From Laetmonice hystrix (lineage: Eukaryota), in the NCBI GenBank assembly GCA_965235115.1, contig OZ249437.1, positions 23,374,001 through 23,438,000 of the forward strand: 64,000 nucleotides of DNA, read 5' to 3'. The translations under genes and the position numbers were made by a program. Below, one piece after another: positions 62,628 through 64,000 of this stretch. Each line of letters starts with the position of its first letter. The first letter of the stretch is position 1. A model generated the notes under the pieces. It was not told the origin of the DNA. It saw only the letters and a program-made list of their open reading frames with translations, and searched no databases.

Positions 62628-63230
62628 TGTAACACGTCACAAAGATGAAAGTGTAACGCAACAACTTGTAACACGTCACAAAGATGAAAGTGTAACGCAA
62701 CAACTTGTAACACGTCACAAAGATGAAAGTGTAACACAACAACTTGTAAAGGCCAACACACACACTGCGATTACCCGTCGCACGACGGTCTCACGACGGT
62801 CTCACGACGGTCCGTCGCTATGGCAATGAGTGGCCTGCAACAGCCTGCGACGGTCGCAGACGTTCTGACAGTGCCAGAACCGCTGCGACCGTCGCAAGAC
62901 TCCATTCCGTCCTGTATAGATGAGCGCGGGTCAAAAACTGGGTCACGACGGTCGCGTCGCAAGGAGTTGCAAGGAGTTGCAAGCAGTCGCAGTGTGTGTG
63001 TTGGCCTTAACACGTCACAAAGATGAAAGTGTAACGCAACAACTTGTAACACGTCACAAAGATGAAAGTGTAACGCAACAACTTGTAACACGTCACAAAG
63101 ATGAAAGTGTAACGCAACAACTTGTAACACGTCACAAAGATGAAAGTGTAACGCAACAACTTGTAACACGTCACAAAGATGAAAGTGTAACGCAACAACT
63201 TGTAACACGTCACAAAGATGAAAGTGTAAC
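62628..63230. repeat. Minisatellite, 39-bp unit, ~9 copies, interrupted by a MITE
   Basis: Unit taacacgtcacaaagatgaaagtgtaacgcaacaacttg on both sides of 62750-63007. Confidence 0.95.
62750..63007. mobile_element. 258-bp non-autonomous MITE, PIF/Harbinger-type
   Basis: Perfect 21-bp TIRs AGGCCAACACACACACTGCGA; TAA duplicated at 62747-49 and 63008-10; neighbouring satellite units show the empty site cttgTAAcacg; no ORF of note. Confidence 0.88.
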
Positions 63231-64000
63231 CAACGAGTATAGAATAAAGAGAGGTGAAACTCGTGGGGCCCTTATGGGGGACTGTGGGCCGATGTTGTTT
63301 TGTATTGGTCACGCCCAGCATGTGGTCATTTGTTGGTCAGAGATGACCAGCATCTGGTGTTACTCGGGTTACAGGGAGGTGACGGAACGGTGGTCACTGG
63401 GGTTAACTAGAACCAAGGCAGGCTACTGTCGCACCAAGCAGGTAGCACTCTCCATCCTCTTTTAAACACTGTTTCTGGAATTGGATACTGAAACAGCACG
63501 TACAACTTACTAAAGACATGTGTTTTTTATGTAATGTTAATGTTAGAAAGGTGTCCTACATTTAAAACATTTCCTATTTTGAAGTTCTAACAGACAAGTC
63601 AGGTAAATTTCTCTGTATTCACCTCTTTCAACCGGTCACTATGCAGCCACATGGAGACTGACCTTGATATTCTGCACACCATCTGAAAGCTTATCTAGAG
63701 GGGAATCCCCCTATTTGCATAGGATCAGTCAAATACTATTTTGAGTGATTGAAACTGGCAACCAAAGATTTTCCATTTTGTGGTACTAAAATTATGTAGG
63801 CCAGAGGCCCTGACAGGGGTTGCCGGAAACTGACCCTTCCCAATGCTTCCCGCCAAAATACCATGGAACACCAAAGGCCTGCTGCCCAGTAGGCGCCCAG
63901 CAAGTGGTCCCGTCGGCCTGGTACAGCAAGTCTGTGATGTGGAGACGGTGGTCAGATTAATGAGTACTGATAAGGGGCACTGGAAGTCTCTGATCTGCCG

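Noticed and set aside
1-64000. CRISPR-like repeat-spacer array
   Set aside because: All arrays are head-to-tail with no unique spacers; there are no cas genes and the context is eukaryotic.

Overview
Eukaryotic (probably invertebrate metazoan; taxon not determinable from sequence alone) genomic DNA, mostly non-coding, with one 140-N scaffold gap (28382-28521). By my hand tally about half the window is tandem repeat: roughly 45 mutually unrelated minisatellite arrays (units about 16-112 bp, from 2 to >50 copies), about one every 1.4 kb, separated by short unique spacers. Essentially all long ORFs in the track are by-products of these arrays. I recognise no complete protein-coding gene, RNA gene or CRISPR array. 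The best-supported non-array features are a clean 258-bp PIF/Harbinger-type MITE (21-bp perfect TIRs, TAA duplication) inserted in a satellite unit at 62750-63007 and a dispersed hairpin-cored MITE-like family whose core has twice been amplified into minisatellites. Also present are higher-order block duplications inside arrays, three motif clusters (perfect RFX X-box, E-box/ETS/kappaB, AGGTCA arrays) and several weak candidate exons (one class C GPCR-like, one FN3-like). I found no convincing new multi-gene system; the unusual biology is the repeat-generating landscape itself. Copy numbers and array edges are hand estimates.
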